Assembly (NCBI GenBank): GCA_034120015.1
Contig: JAXEIF010000007.1
Span: forward strand, 78,988-142,987
Length of the DNA stretch: 64,000 nt
From: Spirochaetia bacterium
Lineage (GTDB): Bacteria > Spirochaetota > Spirochaetia > JAFGXN01
Direction of reading: 5' to 3'
In this document: piece by piece, positions 17,501 through 25,895 of the stretch
Layout of the letters: each line of letters opens with the position of its first letter
How positions within the stretch are numbered: the stretch's first letter is position 1
The notes under the pieces: generated by a model
The model's database searches: none
Told to the model about the DNA's origin: nothing
Seen by the model: only the letters and a program-made list of their open reading frames with translations
Program-made: the position numbers and the translations under genes

Positions 17501-20500
17501 TGTTCAGCTCCTTTCTTTTCATCATGGCCAGCTTCCGGTTAGCCAACTCGCGTTCGCGTTTGGCTCTGACCCGCTCCTGCTTTTTCTCATATCGTGATTT
17601 ATTAAAGATATAATACAGACAGGGAACAAGAAACAGAGTCATAACCGTATTTGTTGTCATTCCGCCCAAAATCGTCAATCCGATAGGCTGAATCAGAGTC
17701 GAACCTTCTCCTTCCATGACCGCCAAAGGCAGCATTCCCAAAACGGTTGTCAGAGCACTCATCAAAACCGGTCTCAAACGGTTTCCGCCCGCTTCGACAC
17801 AGGCTTCATACATAGGCATTCCTCTGCTGACAAGAAGATTGGTATAATCGACCAGAACAATTCCGGCATTGACCACCATTCCGATCAGCATAACGACTCC
17901 GATCAGGGAAAAAGTTGTAATCGATTCACCGGAAATAAGGTAAACCGCCACAACACCGATAACCATGGTGAACATCGTAATAAAAATAATGAACGGATTC
18001 AGGAAATCTTCGAACTGACTGGCCATAACGCCGAATACCAGAGCAAGAGCAATAATCATAATTGCCAGCAGCTTGCTTCCGATATTCTGCAAATCCTCGT
18101 AGTCTCCTTCGAAAGAAATAATCACGTCATCATCGGCAATCAGATAACGGTCGAGAACCGCATTAATCTCTGCCGTAATTTCGGAAAGAGATGTATTGTC
18201 CGACATATCGGCCTGCACATGAATAACCCGTATCTGATTCTCTCTGGTAATCGTCACCGGTCCTTCCGTGACTTTGACTGTCGCAAAACTGGATACCGGA
18301 ATTTTCCGCCCCATATTGTTACTGACGGTAATCGTTTCCAAATCGACAAGATTGGCCCGATCCTCTTCTCTGAACATCAGATGAATTTCAAATTCATCTC
18401 CTCCCGGCCGGTAATAACCGCACTGAATCCCGTCAACAGCCGCCAGTACTTCCTTACCGGCACTGCTCATATCGACACCGAGCGAATAAGCTTTCTGACG
18501 GTTGATAACCAGTTCGGCCTGCGGAAGACCGTCTTTCATATCGATATCCGGTTCCAATGCATCGGGCACATGCTCCTTCAGCAGATCGATGATTTCCAGA
18601 CCGATTTTTTTCCCTTTGTCGAGATCATCGGTTTTGATAACAATATCGATATCATGCGATGCGCCTCCCATCGAACGTGTCGTAAACGTAAAAACCGCAT
18701 CCGGAAATTTATAGAAATGGGGACGCATAATTTCTTTAATATCATCGGTGGTTGTTGTTCTTTTATCATATTCGGGAAGTGTAAACTGAATCGTTCCGAT
18801 ATTGGAATCGGCCGCCGACAAACCGTTACTGGAACCGGCTGTATAGATAATGTTTTTTGTTCCCGTAATTTCTTTTTCGACAATCAGACGCAAAGCCTCC
18901 AGGTTTTCCATCGTGGTCTCGACACGTGTTCCTTCCGGCAGCGTCATTTCCAATGTAATGGAGTCATCGGAGCTCGGGGGCATAAAATCGAAACCGAGAT
19001 ACGGAATCACCATCACGGATGCCATGAAAAGAAGAAAGGTAATTCCGACCACCACCCATCGGTGATCGAGACAACGCCGTAACAGATTCCGATATCCGGA
19101 ATCCATTTTATCAAGACCGGCCGCAAACCAGTTATCAACCTTGGCAAGCCACTGCGTTTTAATCGGCTTTTGGGAACGGGGCGTCAGCTGTAAATAGGCA
19201 CTGCTGAGAACGGGAACCAGGGTAATCGAAACAAAAAGCGATGACATAAGCGCTATAATAATCGTAAAGGCCAAATCGCCCGTCAGAATTCCCAAAAATT
19301 CCAAATCATCCCGAAACATCAGAACCGGAAGGAAGACGCAGACCGTTGTCAGTGTCGAACCGGTAATCGCCGCAACCATTTCCGTTGTTCCGAGAATTGC
19401 CGCCGTTTTATGTTTCGCGCCCTTTTCTCTGTAAGAAAAAATATTTTCCAGAACAACAATCGACGAGTCGACAATCATTCCCAATCCGAGAACGAGACCG
19501 GCCATTGTCAGCATATTCAGCGTCAGTCCGGCAAAATACATACATGTCAGGGTAATTAAAAGCGAAACAGGTATCGACAGACCGATAATCAGAGTACTCT
19601 TAATAACCCTCAAAAAGACAAACAGAACGATCATGGCCAGTGCCATACCCGAAAACAAATTCGAAATAACCTGATCGATTGACGACCTGATCATTGTGGT
19701 TGTATCGTACAGAACGCCCAATCTGACTCCGGCCGGAAGATCCCGATTGATCTGCTCCACACGTGCCAAAACGGCATCGGCAACCGCCACACTGTTTCCC
19801 CCGCTCTGTTTCCGGACGGCAATATACATCGAACGCTGTCCGTCGATCGAAACAATTTGCGATACATCTTCCTGTCCGAGTTTGACTTCGGCCATATCGG
19901 AGAGACGCACCATATTTCCTGTGGATGTAACGGAGACAACCGTCTCGGAAATTTCTTCGAGAGAAGAATACTGACCGCCTGTTTTCACCAGGTACTGTTT
20001 TTTCCCGTCATCGATTTCACCGCCGGAAGTATCCAGGTTTTGGGAATAGATTTTATTGAAAAGCCCGTTCGAATTACCGGTTAATGTCAGACCGAATGCG
20101 TCCAGACGATTCTGATCGACCTCGATACGGACAATCGGCTCCGTCAAACCGGAAATATTGGCCATCGAAACGCCGGGAATCTGCTCCAGACGGGGAACAA
20201 CAACATTGTCGGCCAGCTGATACATATCAATCTCATTCTTATTTCCTGTCAGCGACAGATACAGAATCGGGCGCATGGAAGGATCGTATTTAAGCAGCTG
20301 AGGACTGTCTGCCTCATCCGGTAAAAACGAAGAAACAAATTCGATTTTGTCACGCGCATCAGCCGCCGCTTCGGTTAAATCCTCACCCCATTTAAATTCC
20401 AAAGTAATCATACTCTGATCTTTTTCGGATGTGGATGTTATTTTTTCGACATTGGTGACATTCGATAAATTTTCTTCGAGAATCTGTGTAACATTCTGTT

Positions 20501-20675
20501 CGACCTGTTCGGGGCCGGCTCCGTCATATTGGGTAAAGACAACCAAAATAGGCGGATCGATTTCGGGAAACAGGTCGATATCCAAATCGGACGAAACATA
20601 AGCGCCGATACCCAGAATCAGCAAAAAAACAACAAGAACCGTTACCGGTTTATTGACCACCGTTTTCGCAATCAT
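17487..20675 (-). CDS. RND efflux transporter, inner-membrane permease (AcrB/AcrD/AcrF superfamily)
   Basis: The 1062-aa product has 12-TM RND topology with two large periplasmic loops. The TM4 motif GLGMIVDSSIVVLENIF is present. Confidence 0.93.
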   Translation of the reverse strand: MIAKTVVNKPVTVLVVFLLILGIGAYVSSDLDIDLFPEIDPPILVVFTQYDGAGPEQVEQNVTQILEENLSNVTNVEKITSTSEKDQSMITLEFKWGEDLTEAAADARDKIEFVSSFLPDEADSPQLLKYDPSMRPILYLSLTGNKNEIDMYQLADNVVVPRLEQIPGVSMANISGLTEPIVRIEVDQNRLDAFGLTLTGNSNGLFNKIYSQNLDTSGGEIDDGKKQYLVKTGGQYSSLEEISETVVSVTSTGNMVRLSDMAEVKLGQEDVSQIVSIDGQRSMYIAVRKQSGGNSVAVADAVLARVEQINRDLPAGVRLGVLYDTTTMIRSSIDQVISNLFSGMALAMIVLFVFLRVIKSTLIIGLSIPVSLLITLTCMYFAGLTLNMLTMAGLVLGLGMIVDSSIVVLENIFSYREKGAKHKTAAILGTTEMVAAITGSTLTTVCVFLPVLMFRDDLEFLGILTGDLAFTIIIALMSSLFVSITLVPVLSSAYLQLTPRSQKPIKTQWLAKVDNWFAAGLDKMDSGYRNLLRRCLDHRWVVVGITFLLFMASVMVIPYLGFDFMPPSSDDSITLEMTLPEGTRVETTMENLEALRLIVEKEITGTKNIIYTAGSSNGLSAADSNIGTIQFTLPEYDKRTTTTDDIKEIMRPHFYKFPDAVFTFTTRSMGGASHDIDIVIKTDDLDKGKKIGLEIIDLLKEHVPDALEPDIDMKDGLPQAELVINRQKAYSLGVDMSSAGKEVLAAVDGIQCGYYRPGGDEFEIHLMFREEDRANLVDLETITVSNNMGRKIPVSSFATVKVTEGPVTITRENQIRVIHVQADMSDNTSLSEITAEINAVLDRYLIADDDVIISFEGDYEDLQNIGSKLLAIMIIALALVFGVMASQFEDFLNPFIIFITMFTMVIGVVAVYLISGESITTFSLIGVVMLIGMVVNAGIVLVDYTNLLVSRGMPMYEACVEAGGNRLRPVLMSALTTVLGMLPLAVMEGEGSTLIQPIGLTILGGMTTNTVMTLFLVPCLYYIFNKSRYEKKQERVRAKRERELANRKLAMMKRKELNNEAN

Positions 20676-21697
20676 AATGCCTGCCCCGCATTTTCTCCGT
20701 CCTGATCCTTTTCGTCAGTCGGCTGTTCGGTACTGTCGGCGGCATTGACGATTCTGACCAAAGAATCATCATCCAGCTGGGTCTGACCTTCAATAACAAC
20801 CTCGTCATCGACATTCAGACCGCTGACAATTTCCACATAGCCGTCGATTCTGATACCTTCTTCCACAATCCGACGTTCGACTTTTTTCTGCATAATTTTA
20901 GCCGGAACACCGGGTGTCTTCGATTCACTGATATAATCGGGATTATCGATTTCGACTTCCTCATCGGAAACGACAAAAACAAAATTTTCATTAAACCGGG
21001 TAACAACCGTATCAACGGGAAGTGTGATAACATTGTTTTTATAATCCGTAAACAGCTTTACGGTTCCGAACATTCCCGGTTTAAAACCCTTTATTGAAGA
21101 CGTAAATTCAAGCCAGATATCCATCGTGCGGCTTTCCGTATCCAATACCGGACTGATTTCGGCAATACGGGCGACAAACACCTTTCCGGGGAAGGCTTCC
21201 AGAAGGATTTCCGCTTTCTGATTCATAAAAATTTTGGTTACATACCGCTCCGGAGTACTGGTGAGAACGCGCAGCTGCGTCAAATCGCCGATCCGGTAAA
21301 TCGGTGTCGCGCTGTTGATTGTTGTGCCGATTTGTCCGTTTCGAAAAGTAATATAACCGGAAATCGGTGCCACAACCGGACTCAGATTATAAACCGTACC
21401 CGGAGTCGACGGATCGACATAAGCGATAATCTGATTGCGGCGGACATAATCTCCGACATCGACCAGCAGCTGACGAATGCGTCCGTATGAAACATCGGCG
21501 TAAGCATCAACATTGACTTTGGTGATAATCTCTCCGGAAAGCTTAATATAATCCTGAATTTCACCTGTCACGGCGGGAGCCGTTTTCACCGCAAAAATCT
21601 GGACGCCGGAGGCCGCATTGGTGTCGTTTTTTTTACATTCGGCAAAAACGAAAAGGACAGCTGCAAAAATAACCGAAACCGACAAATACTTCTTCAT
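20672..21697 (-). CDS. RND periplasmic adaptor (membrane fusion protein, HlyD family), lipoprotein
   Basis: The 341-aa product has a signal peptide ending VFAEC, followed by lipoyl-like and beta-barrel segments typical of MFPs. It has 4-nt overlaps with both neighbours. Confidence 0.88.
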   Translation of the reverse strand: MKKYLSVSVIFAAVLFVFAECKKNDTNAASGVQIFAVKTAPAVTGEIQDYIKLSGEIITKVNVDAYADVSYGRIRQLLVDVGDYVRRNQIIAYVDPSTPGTVYNLSPVVAPISGYITFRNGQIGTTINSATPIYRIGDLTQLRVLTSTPERYVTKIFMNQKAEILLEAFPGKVFVARIAEISPVLDTESRTMDIWLEFTSSIKGFKPGMFGTVKLFTDYKNNVITLPVDTVVTRFNENFVFVVSDEEVEIDNPDYISESKTPGVPAKIMQKKVERRIVEEGIRIDGYVEIVSGLNVDDEVVIEGQTQLDDDSLVRIVNAADSTEQPTDEKDQDGENAGQAL

Positions 21698-23121
21698 TCT
21701 TCAATCTCCTTAACCGTATTATTGTTATTATTGATTTCACGCAAACTGCGGTTCAATGCATATTCCAAATCGGCCAGGGCTTTGGCCAAAGTCACTTTTC
21801 CGCTGACCAGATTCAGTTTGGCCTGGTTCAGCTGATTTTCGACATTTTCAAAATCCAAAATCTCGACGGTTCCCAACCGGTACCCGTCGGAATAACGATT
21901 GTAAACCGTTTGCGCGAGATTGACAGAAGATTGGTAAACCTCCAGCTGCTCTCTCGCATTTTCGATACTCATGACAATCGATTTTATTTCCAAATCGGCA
22001 AACCGGATTGCGTTTTCCAAAGAGACCTGCATACTGTCGATGGAATCCTGAATCTCGGCCGCCTTTGTATAAGTCGACGTCCCCGGAATCAAAGTATCGA
22101 TCGGAATCGACAAACCGAACGTAATGCTGCCGGAATCGAGCCAGTCTTTATACTGTGCATTTTTTTCGGAATCGGACACATCGGAACCGAAAATACCGAT
22201 TCGGGGAAGATATCCGGCCGAGACGGAAACAGTCGGCGACATAGCCGCTGCCATCGTTGATTTTTTGGAAGATTTTAAAAGATCGATATTGGCACGAATG
22301 GATTGAATATCATAGCGGTCATTCAGATATTCATTCGCTAATTGAGCGGCATCCAATTCGATTTGCAGATTGTCCGCATCGTCCAGAACCCGGCTGTCCA
22401 AAGCAACCGTATCTTCGAGATTCAGCCCCAAATTAATCTTAAACTGCATAACCGCGGTATCGTAGTTGTTTTGTGCCTGAAGTAACTGAGGCCGGACATT
22501 TTCCATCGAAACCTGCGCCTGAAGCAAATCGACATCGGGAACCAGACCGCTGTTGTAATTCCGCTGAGCCTGAAGATACCGTTTTTCGGCCAACTGCAGA
22601 CTTTCGCGTAAAAGCTGAACGTTTTCCTCGAGGTAGACCAAATCAAAATAAGCCTGTTTGATGCTTTTGGACAGCGAAGATCTGGCATCTTCGTAAGAAA
22701 TCAAACCGGCAGTATAATCATTCCTGACCGTTTCGATTGCTGTAAAAAAAGCACCGTTTAACGCGAATGTTCCGTTAAGCTGAAACGTGGCACTCCAATC
22801 CGGGTAAACAGACGACGGTATCGGTGAGGTTCCTCCCGTGCTGCTTCCGGATGAAAACATTTTTTTATAGGTCTCGCCCGGATTCAGATTCGATCGGCTG
22901 ACGGAAACACCTGCGGATAAAGACGGCATTAACTGATTATAAACCTGTTTTTTGTTTCTCAGCTTTGTCTGCAAAGAAATCTCCGAGGTCTTCAGCTCCA
23001 GGTTATTTTTCAACGCAATTTCGACTGCTTCTTCCAATGATAAATCGTAGTTTTCGGCAAAAACCGCTGTCGAAAAAAGAAGCAAAACAGAGATAAGTGC
23101 AATTCTGTTTTTCATTTTCAC
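21694..23121 (-). CDS. TolC-family outer-membrane efflux channel
   Basis: The 475-aa product has a signal peptide (STAVFA/EN), then LSLEEAVEIALKNNLELK and a duplicated coiled-coil/beta pattern typical of outer-membrane factors. Confidence 0.9.
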   Translation of the reverse strand: MKMKNRIALISVLLLFSTAVFAENYDLSLEEAVEIALKNNLELKTSEISLQTKLRNKKQVYNQLMPSLSAGVSVSRSNLNPGETYKKMFSSGSSTGGTSPIPSSVYPDWSATFQLNGTFALNGAFFTAIETVRNDYTAGLISYEDARSSLSKSIKQAYFDLVYLEENVQLLRESLQLAEKRYLQAQRNYNSGLVPDVDLLQAQVSMENVRPQLLQAQNNYDTAVMQFKINLGLNLEDTVALDSRVLDDADNLQIELDAAQLANEYLNDRYDIQSIRANIDLLKSSKKSTMAAAMSPTVSVSAGYLPRIGIFGSDVSDSEKNAQYKDWLDSGSITFGLSIPIDTLIPGTSTYTKAAEIQDSIDSMQVSLENAIRFADLEIKSIVMSIENAREQLEVYQSSVNLAQTVYNRYSDGYRLGTVEILDFENVENQLNQAKLNLVSGKVTLAKALADLEYALNRSLREINNNNNTVKEIEE

Positions 23122-23140
23122 TCCTTTATTTTATATTATC

Positions 23141-23157
23141 TGTTAACTAAGTTAACA
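23141..23157. promoter_or_regulatory. 7-3-7 perfect palindrome TGTTAAC-TAA-GTTAACA, candidate MarR operator upstream of tolC
   Basis: I read the palindrome directly from the sequence. It lies 20 bp upstream of the tolC ATG, in the 81-bp marR-tolC spacer. Confidence 0.5.
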
Positions 23158-23202
23158 ATTAATTTTTTATTAAGAACAATTTCCCGCTGTAAAAGTTACA
23201 CT

Positions 23203-23661
23203 TCATTTTGTATTTAATTCTGCGGAAAAAAAATCATAGAACAGGTTCAGTAACTGAGTAAATTCAACCACTTTTTCCATTCCTATGGAATCCGCAAACC
23301 GTGAAAAAAAATTATAATGATAATCTTTCGCCTCGGTCAAAGTTTTTTCTCCTTTATCCGTAAGATAAAGCGCCACTTTACGGGCATCGGAATCTTCCGT
23401 TTCCCGACGTAAAAACCCATGCCTTTCCAGAAACTGGATTGTCGGTGTCACAGCCGCCCGTGAAATCAGCAATACGGAAGAGAGATCGGAAGCAAAAACT
23501 TTCCCGTTTTTACTCCGTAATTCGCCTATCAGAAAAATCAATGCCACTTCGGAATGTTTAAGACCGTTGATTTTCCCGTTAATATGACGGGGAAAACCTT
23601 TCATTTTCTCGAGTGATTTCAGGAATTCGATTAAAACATCTCTGGATACATGTTCATCCAT
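23203..23661 (-). CDS. MarR-family transcriptional regulator
   Basis: The 152-aa product has a winged-helix core (SEVALIFLIGEL...ASDLSSVLLISRAAVTPTIQFLERHGFLRRETEDSDARKVALYLTDKG). Confidence 0.9.
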   Translation of the reverse strand: MDEHVSRDVLIEFLKSLEKMKGFPRHINGKINGLKHSEVALIFLIGELRSKNGKVFASDLSSVLLISRAAVTPTIQFLERHGFLRRETEDSDARKVALYLTDKGEKTLTEAKDYHYNFFSRFADSIGMEKVVEFTQLLNLFYDFFSAELNTK

Positions 23662-23682
23662 AAACTGTGTGCCTTCAAAAAA

Positions 23683-23699
23683 TGTTAACTTACTTTACA
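23683..23699. promoter_or_regulatory. Second, imperfect copy of the operator-like site (TGTTAAC-TTA-CTTTACA) in the marR 5' region
   Basis: It matches the 23141-23157 palindrome at 14 of 17 positions. It lies between the predicted marR -10 element and the marR ATG. Confidence 0.4.
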
Positions 23700-23702
23700 A
23701 TC

Positions 23703-23732
23703 AGTATAGTCATAATAACGTAAATCGGTCAA
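23703..23732 (-). promoter_or_regulatory. Candidate sigma70-type promoter of marR (and the efflux operon)
   Basis: The minus strand reads TTGACC, an 18-nt spacer, then TATACT. It lies about 40 nt upstream of the marR ATG. Confidence 0.45.
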
Positions 23733-23789
23733 TAAATTCAAAAGAAATTTTTTCAAAAAATTAAAATCAGATTTCCGAGGAAAAACGAA

Positions 23790-23818
23790 TTGATTTTTTC
23801 ACGGCAAGCATATATAGT
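23790..23818 (+). promoter_or_regulatory. Candidate sigma70-type promoter of rtpR
   Basis: TTGATT (23790-23795), a 17-nt spacer, then TATAGT (23813-23818). This leaves a leader of only about 50 nt before the GGGAGG RBS and the ATG at 23876. Confidence 0.5.
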
Positions 23819-23862
23819 GTTTCAAGCTTTAAATGCAAACAATAATACACTATAAAAAGCGC
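23805..23862 (+). promoter_or_regulatory. Two NrdR-box-like 16-mers (possible NrdR operator pair)
   Basis: Box 1 is caagCATATATAGTGT (23805-23820), which overlaps the -10 element. Box 2 is ACACTATAaaaagcgc (23847-23862). Against the published consensus acaCwAtATaTwGtgt, box 1 matches 12/16 (perfect right half) and box 2 matches 12/16 (perfect left half). Their centres are 42 bp apart. Confidence 0.4.
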
Positions 23863-23875
23863 ATGGGAGGAAATT

Positions 23876-25846
23876 ATGAGAACATTTAAACTGGATGATA
23901 AATTTATTGCGGCATACAGAGATAAGACTGTCGCCTGGGGGCCTCTCGGCGAATTTGTTTATCTGAGAACTTACTCCAGACGAATCGAAGAAGAAAACAG
24001 AAACGAAAAATGGTACGAAACGGTCCGCCGTGTAGTGGAAGGTGTATTCAGCATTCAGCAGGATCACTGCGGAAAACTGAAATTACCGTGGAAACCCCAC
24101 AAAGCACAAAAATCGGCACAAATCATGTATGATAAAATCTTTAATTTCAAATTTCTTCCTCCAGGACGCGGACTGTGGATGATGGGAACCGATTTTATTA
24201 TCGAAAAAGGATCGGCAGCCCTCAACAACTGCGGATTTGTGAGTACCGTCGATATCGAAACACGGGGATCCCTTGCTTTTACCTGGACAATGGATGCGCT
24301 GATGCTCGGTGTCGGTATCGGGTTTGATACGAAAGGTGCCGGCAAATGCACCATTCGGGAACCGAGAGCCGCCGACGGACTGTCGTTTACCGTTCCGGAT
24401 ACACGCGAAGGATGGGTGGAGGCTCTTCGCCTGACTCTGGACGCCTATTTTCTCGGACAGAAAATGCCGGAATTCGATTTTTCGCAAATTCGTCCGTACG
24501 GAGCTCCGATTCGGGGATTCGGAGGGGTGGCTTCGGGGCCCGATCCGCTGATCCGCCTGATTGCTTCCGTAAAAAAACTTCTTGATTCGAGAATCAGTCA
24601 TGAACTGACATCTACCGATATTGTCGACTTAATGAATATGATCGGCGTCTGTGTTGTTGCGGGAAATGTCAGAAGATCGGCGGAAATTGCCATCGGGCCT
24701 CATGACGACCAGGATTATGTCACCATGAAAGATTACACACTGTATCCGGAAGAAATGAAAACCCACCGCTGGGCCAGCAACAACTCCGTTTTTGCCGAAA
24801 TCGGAAAAACCGATTACGAAAAAATAGCCCAATCCATTGCCCTGAACGGAGAACCCGGAATCGTATGGCTTTCAAACATCCGAAAATACGGACGGCTGAA
24901 AGACACAACCTACAATGCCGATAAACTGGCAATGGGAGTCAATCCGTGTGGCGAACAGACACTGGAATCGATGGAGCTCTGCTGTCTCGTCGAGACCTTT
25001 CCTTCTCTCCACAAGGATTACGAAGAGTACAGAGAAACGCTCAAGTCGGCTTATTTATATGCCAAATCGGTCACTCTGTTGCCGACCCACTGGGAAGAAA
25101 CCAACGCCATTCTGATGAAAAACAGACGAATCGGAACCAGTCAGTCGGGCATCATCGATGCTTTCGTCCGCCACGGACGCCGGGAAATGCTTCAGTGGTG
25201 CGACAAAGGATACACTTACCTGAGAGAACTGGACGACATTTATTCGGACTGGCTCTGTATTCCTAAGTCGATTAAAATTACCAGCGTCAAACCCTCGGGA
25301 AGTGTCAGTCTGCTGCCCGGTGTTTCTCCCGGTATTCACTACCCCCATTCGGAATATTACATCAGACGGGTTCGTATTGCCAGCAACTCGCCTCTTGTCG
25401 AAGCACTGCGCAAAGCCGGATATAAAATCGAATACTCGATTTACGGATCCTCCGAAGAGGAAAAGAAAAAAACATCCGTTATCGAATTCCCGGTACACGA
25501 AAAGTTCTTCGACCGCAAAAAAGCCGATGTTTCGATTTGGGAACAGGTGAAAAACTGCGTCGACTACCAGTACTACTGGGCCGACAATAATGTTTCGATT
25601 ACAGTAACATTCAGGGAAAACGAAAAGAAAGATATAGCCCGCGTTCTCTCCGCGTTCGAAGAAAGTCTGAAAGCCATCAGCATGCTGCCACTGACGGAAA
25701 ACGGCTATCAGCAAATGCCGTACGAAGAAATTACGAAAGAAATCTACGAAGAAAGAATCAAAAATCTGAAACCGGTCGATTTTTCGTTTGTTACGACAAC
25801 ACCCGAAGGCGAGAAATTCTGTGACGGCGAAAGCTGTTCACTGTAG
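23876..25846 (+). CDS. rtpR: Adenosylcobalamin-dependent ribonucleoside-triphosphate reductase (class II, monomeric RTPR type)
   Basis: The product is collinear with my recollection of Lactobacillus leichmannii RTPR. Shared segments are WGPLGEFVYLRTYSRR...WYETVRRVVEG, VPDTREGWVEA, IRPYGAPIRGFGGVASGPDPLI, VVAGNVRRSAEIA, HRWASNNSV, NGEPGIVW and NPCGEQTLESMELCCLVETFP, plus a C-terminal Cys pair (CDGESC). Confidence 0.92.
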   Translation: MRTFKLDDKFIAAYRDKTVAWGPLGEFVYLRTYSRRIEEENRNEKWYETVRRVVEGVFSIQQDHCGKLKLPWKPHKAQKSAQIMYDKIFNFKFLPPGRGLWMMGTDFIIEKGSAALNNCGFVSTVDIETRGSLAFTWTMDALMLGVGIGFDTKGAGKCTIREPRAADGLSFTVPDTREGWVEALRLTLDAYFLGQKMPEFDFSQIRPYGAPIRGFGGVASGPDPLIRLIASVKKLLDSRISHELTSTDIVDLMNMIGVCVVAGNVRRSAEIAIGPHDDQDYVTMKDYTLYPEEMKTHRWASNNSVFAEIGKTDYEKIAQSIALNGEPGIVWLSNIRKYGRLKDTTYNADKLAMGVNPCGEQTLESMELCCLVETFPSLHKDYEEYRETLKSAYLYAKSVTLLPTHWEETNAILMKNRRIGTSQSGIIDAFVRHGRREMLQWCDKGYTYLRELDDIYSDWLCIPKSIKITSVKPSGSVSLLPGVSPGIHYPHSEYYIRRVRIASNSPLVEALRKAGYKIEYSIYGSSEEEKKKTSVIEFPVHEKFFDRKKADVSIWEQVKNCVDYQYYWADNNVSITVTFRENEKKDIARVLSAFEESLKAISMLPLTENGYQQMPYEEITKEIYEERIKNLKPVDFSFVTTTPEGEKFCDGESCSL

Positions 25847-25866
25847 CACATAAAGAAACCTTCATT

Positions 25867-25895
25867 CCGAAACACGATGTTCCATCGTGTTTCGG
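25867..25895. terminator. Bidirectional terminator hairpin between convergent rtpR and the YD-repeat gene
   Basis: A perfect 13-bp stem pairs CCGAAACACGATG with CATCGTGTTTCGG around a 3-nt loop. The U-tracts are weak on both sides. Confidence 0.6.

Noticed and set aside
23122-23202. A distinct sigma70 promoter in the marR-tolC spacer
   Set aside because: The -10-like hexamers (GATAAT, TAATAT) have no -35 partner at acceptable spacing, only TTGTTA at 12-14 nt or a weak TTAATT at 18 nt. Only the palindrome is reported.
23819-23875. Cobalamin riboswitch upstream of the B12-dependent RNR
   Set aside because: The predicted TSS leaves only about 50 nt of leader, far shorter than a cobalamin riboswitch, and no B12-box-like sequence is visible. 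A covariance-model scan is still worth doing.
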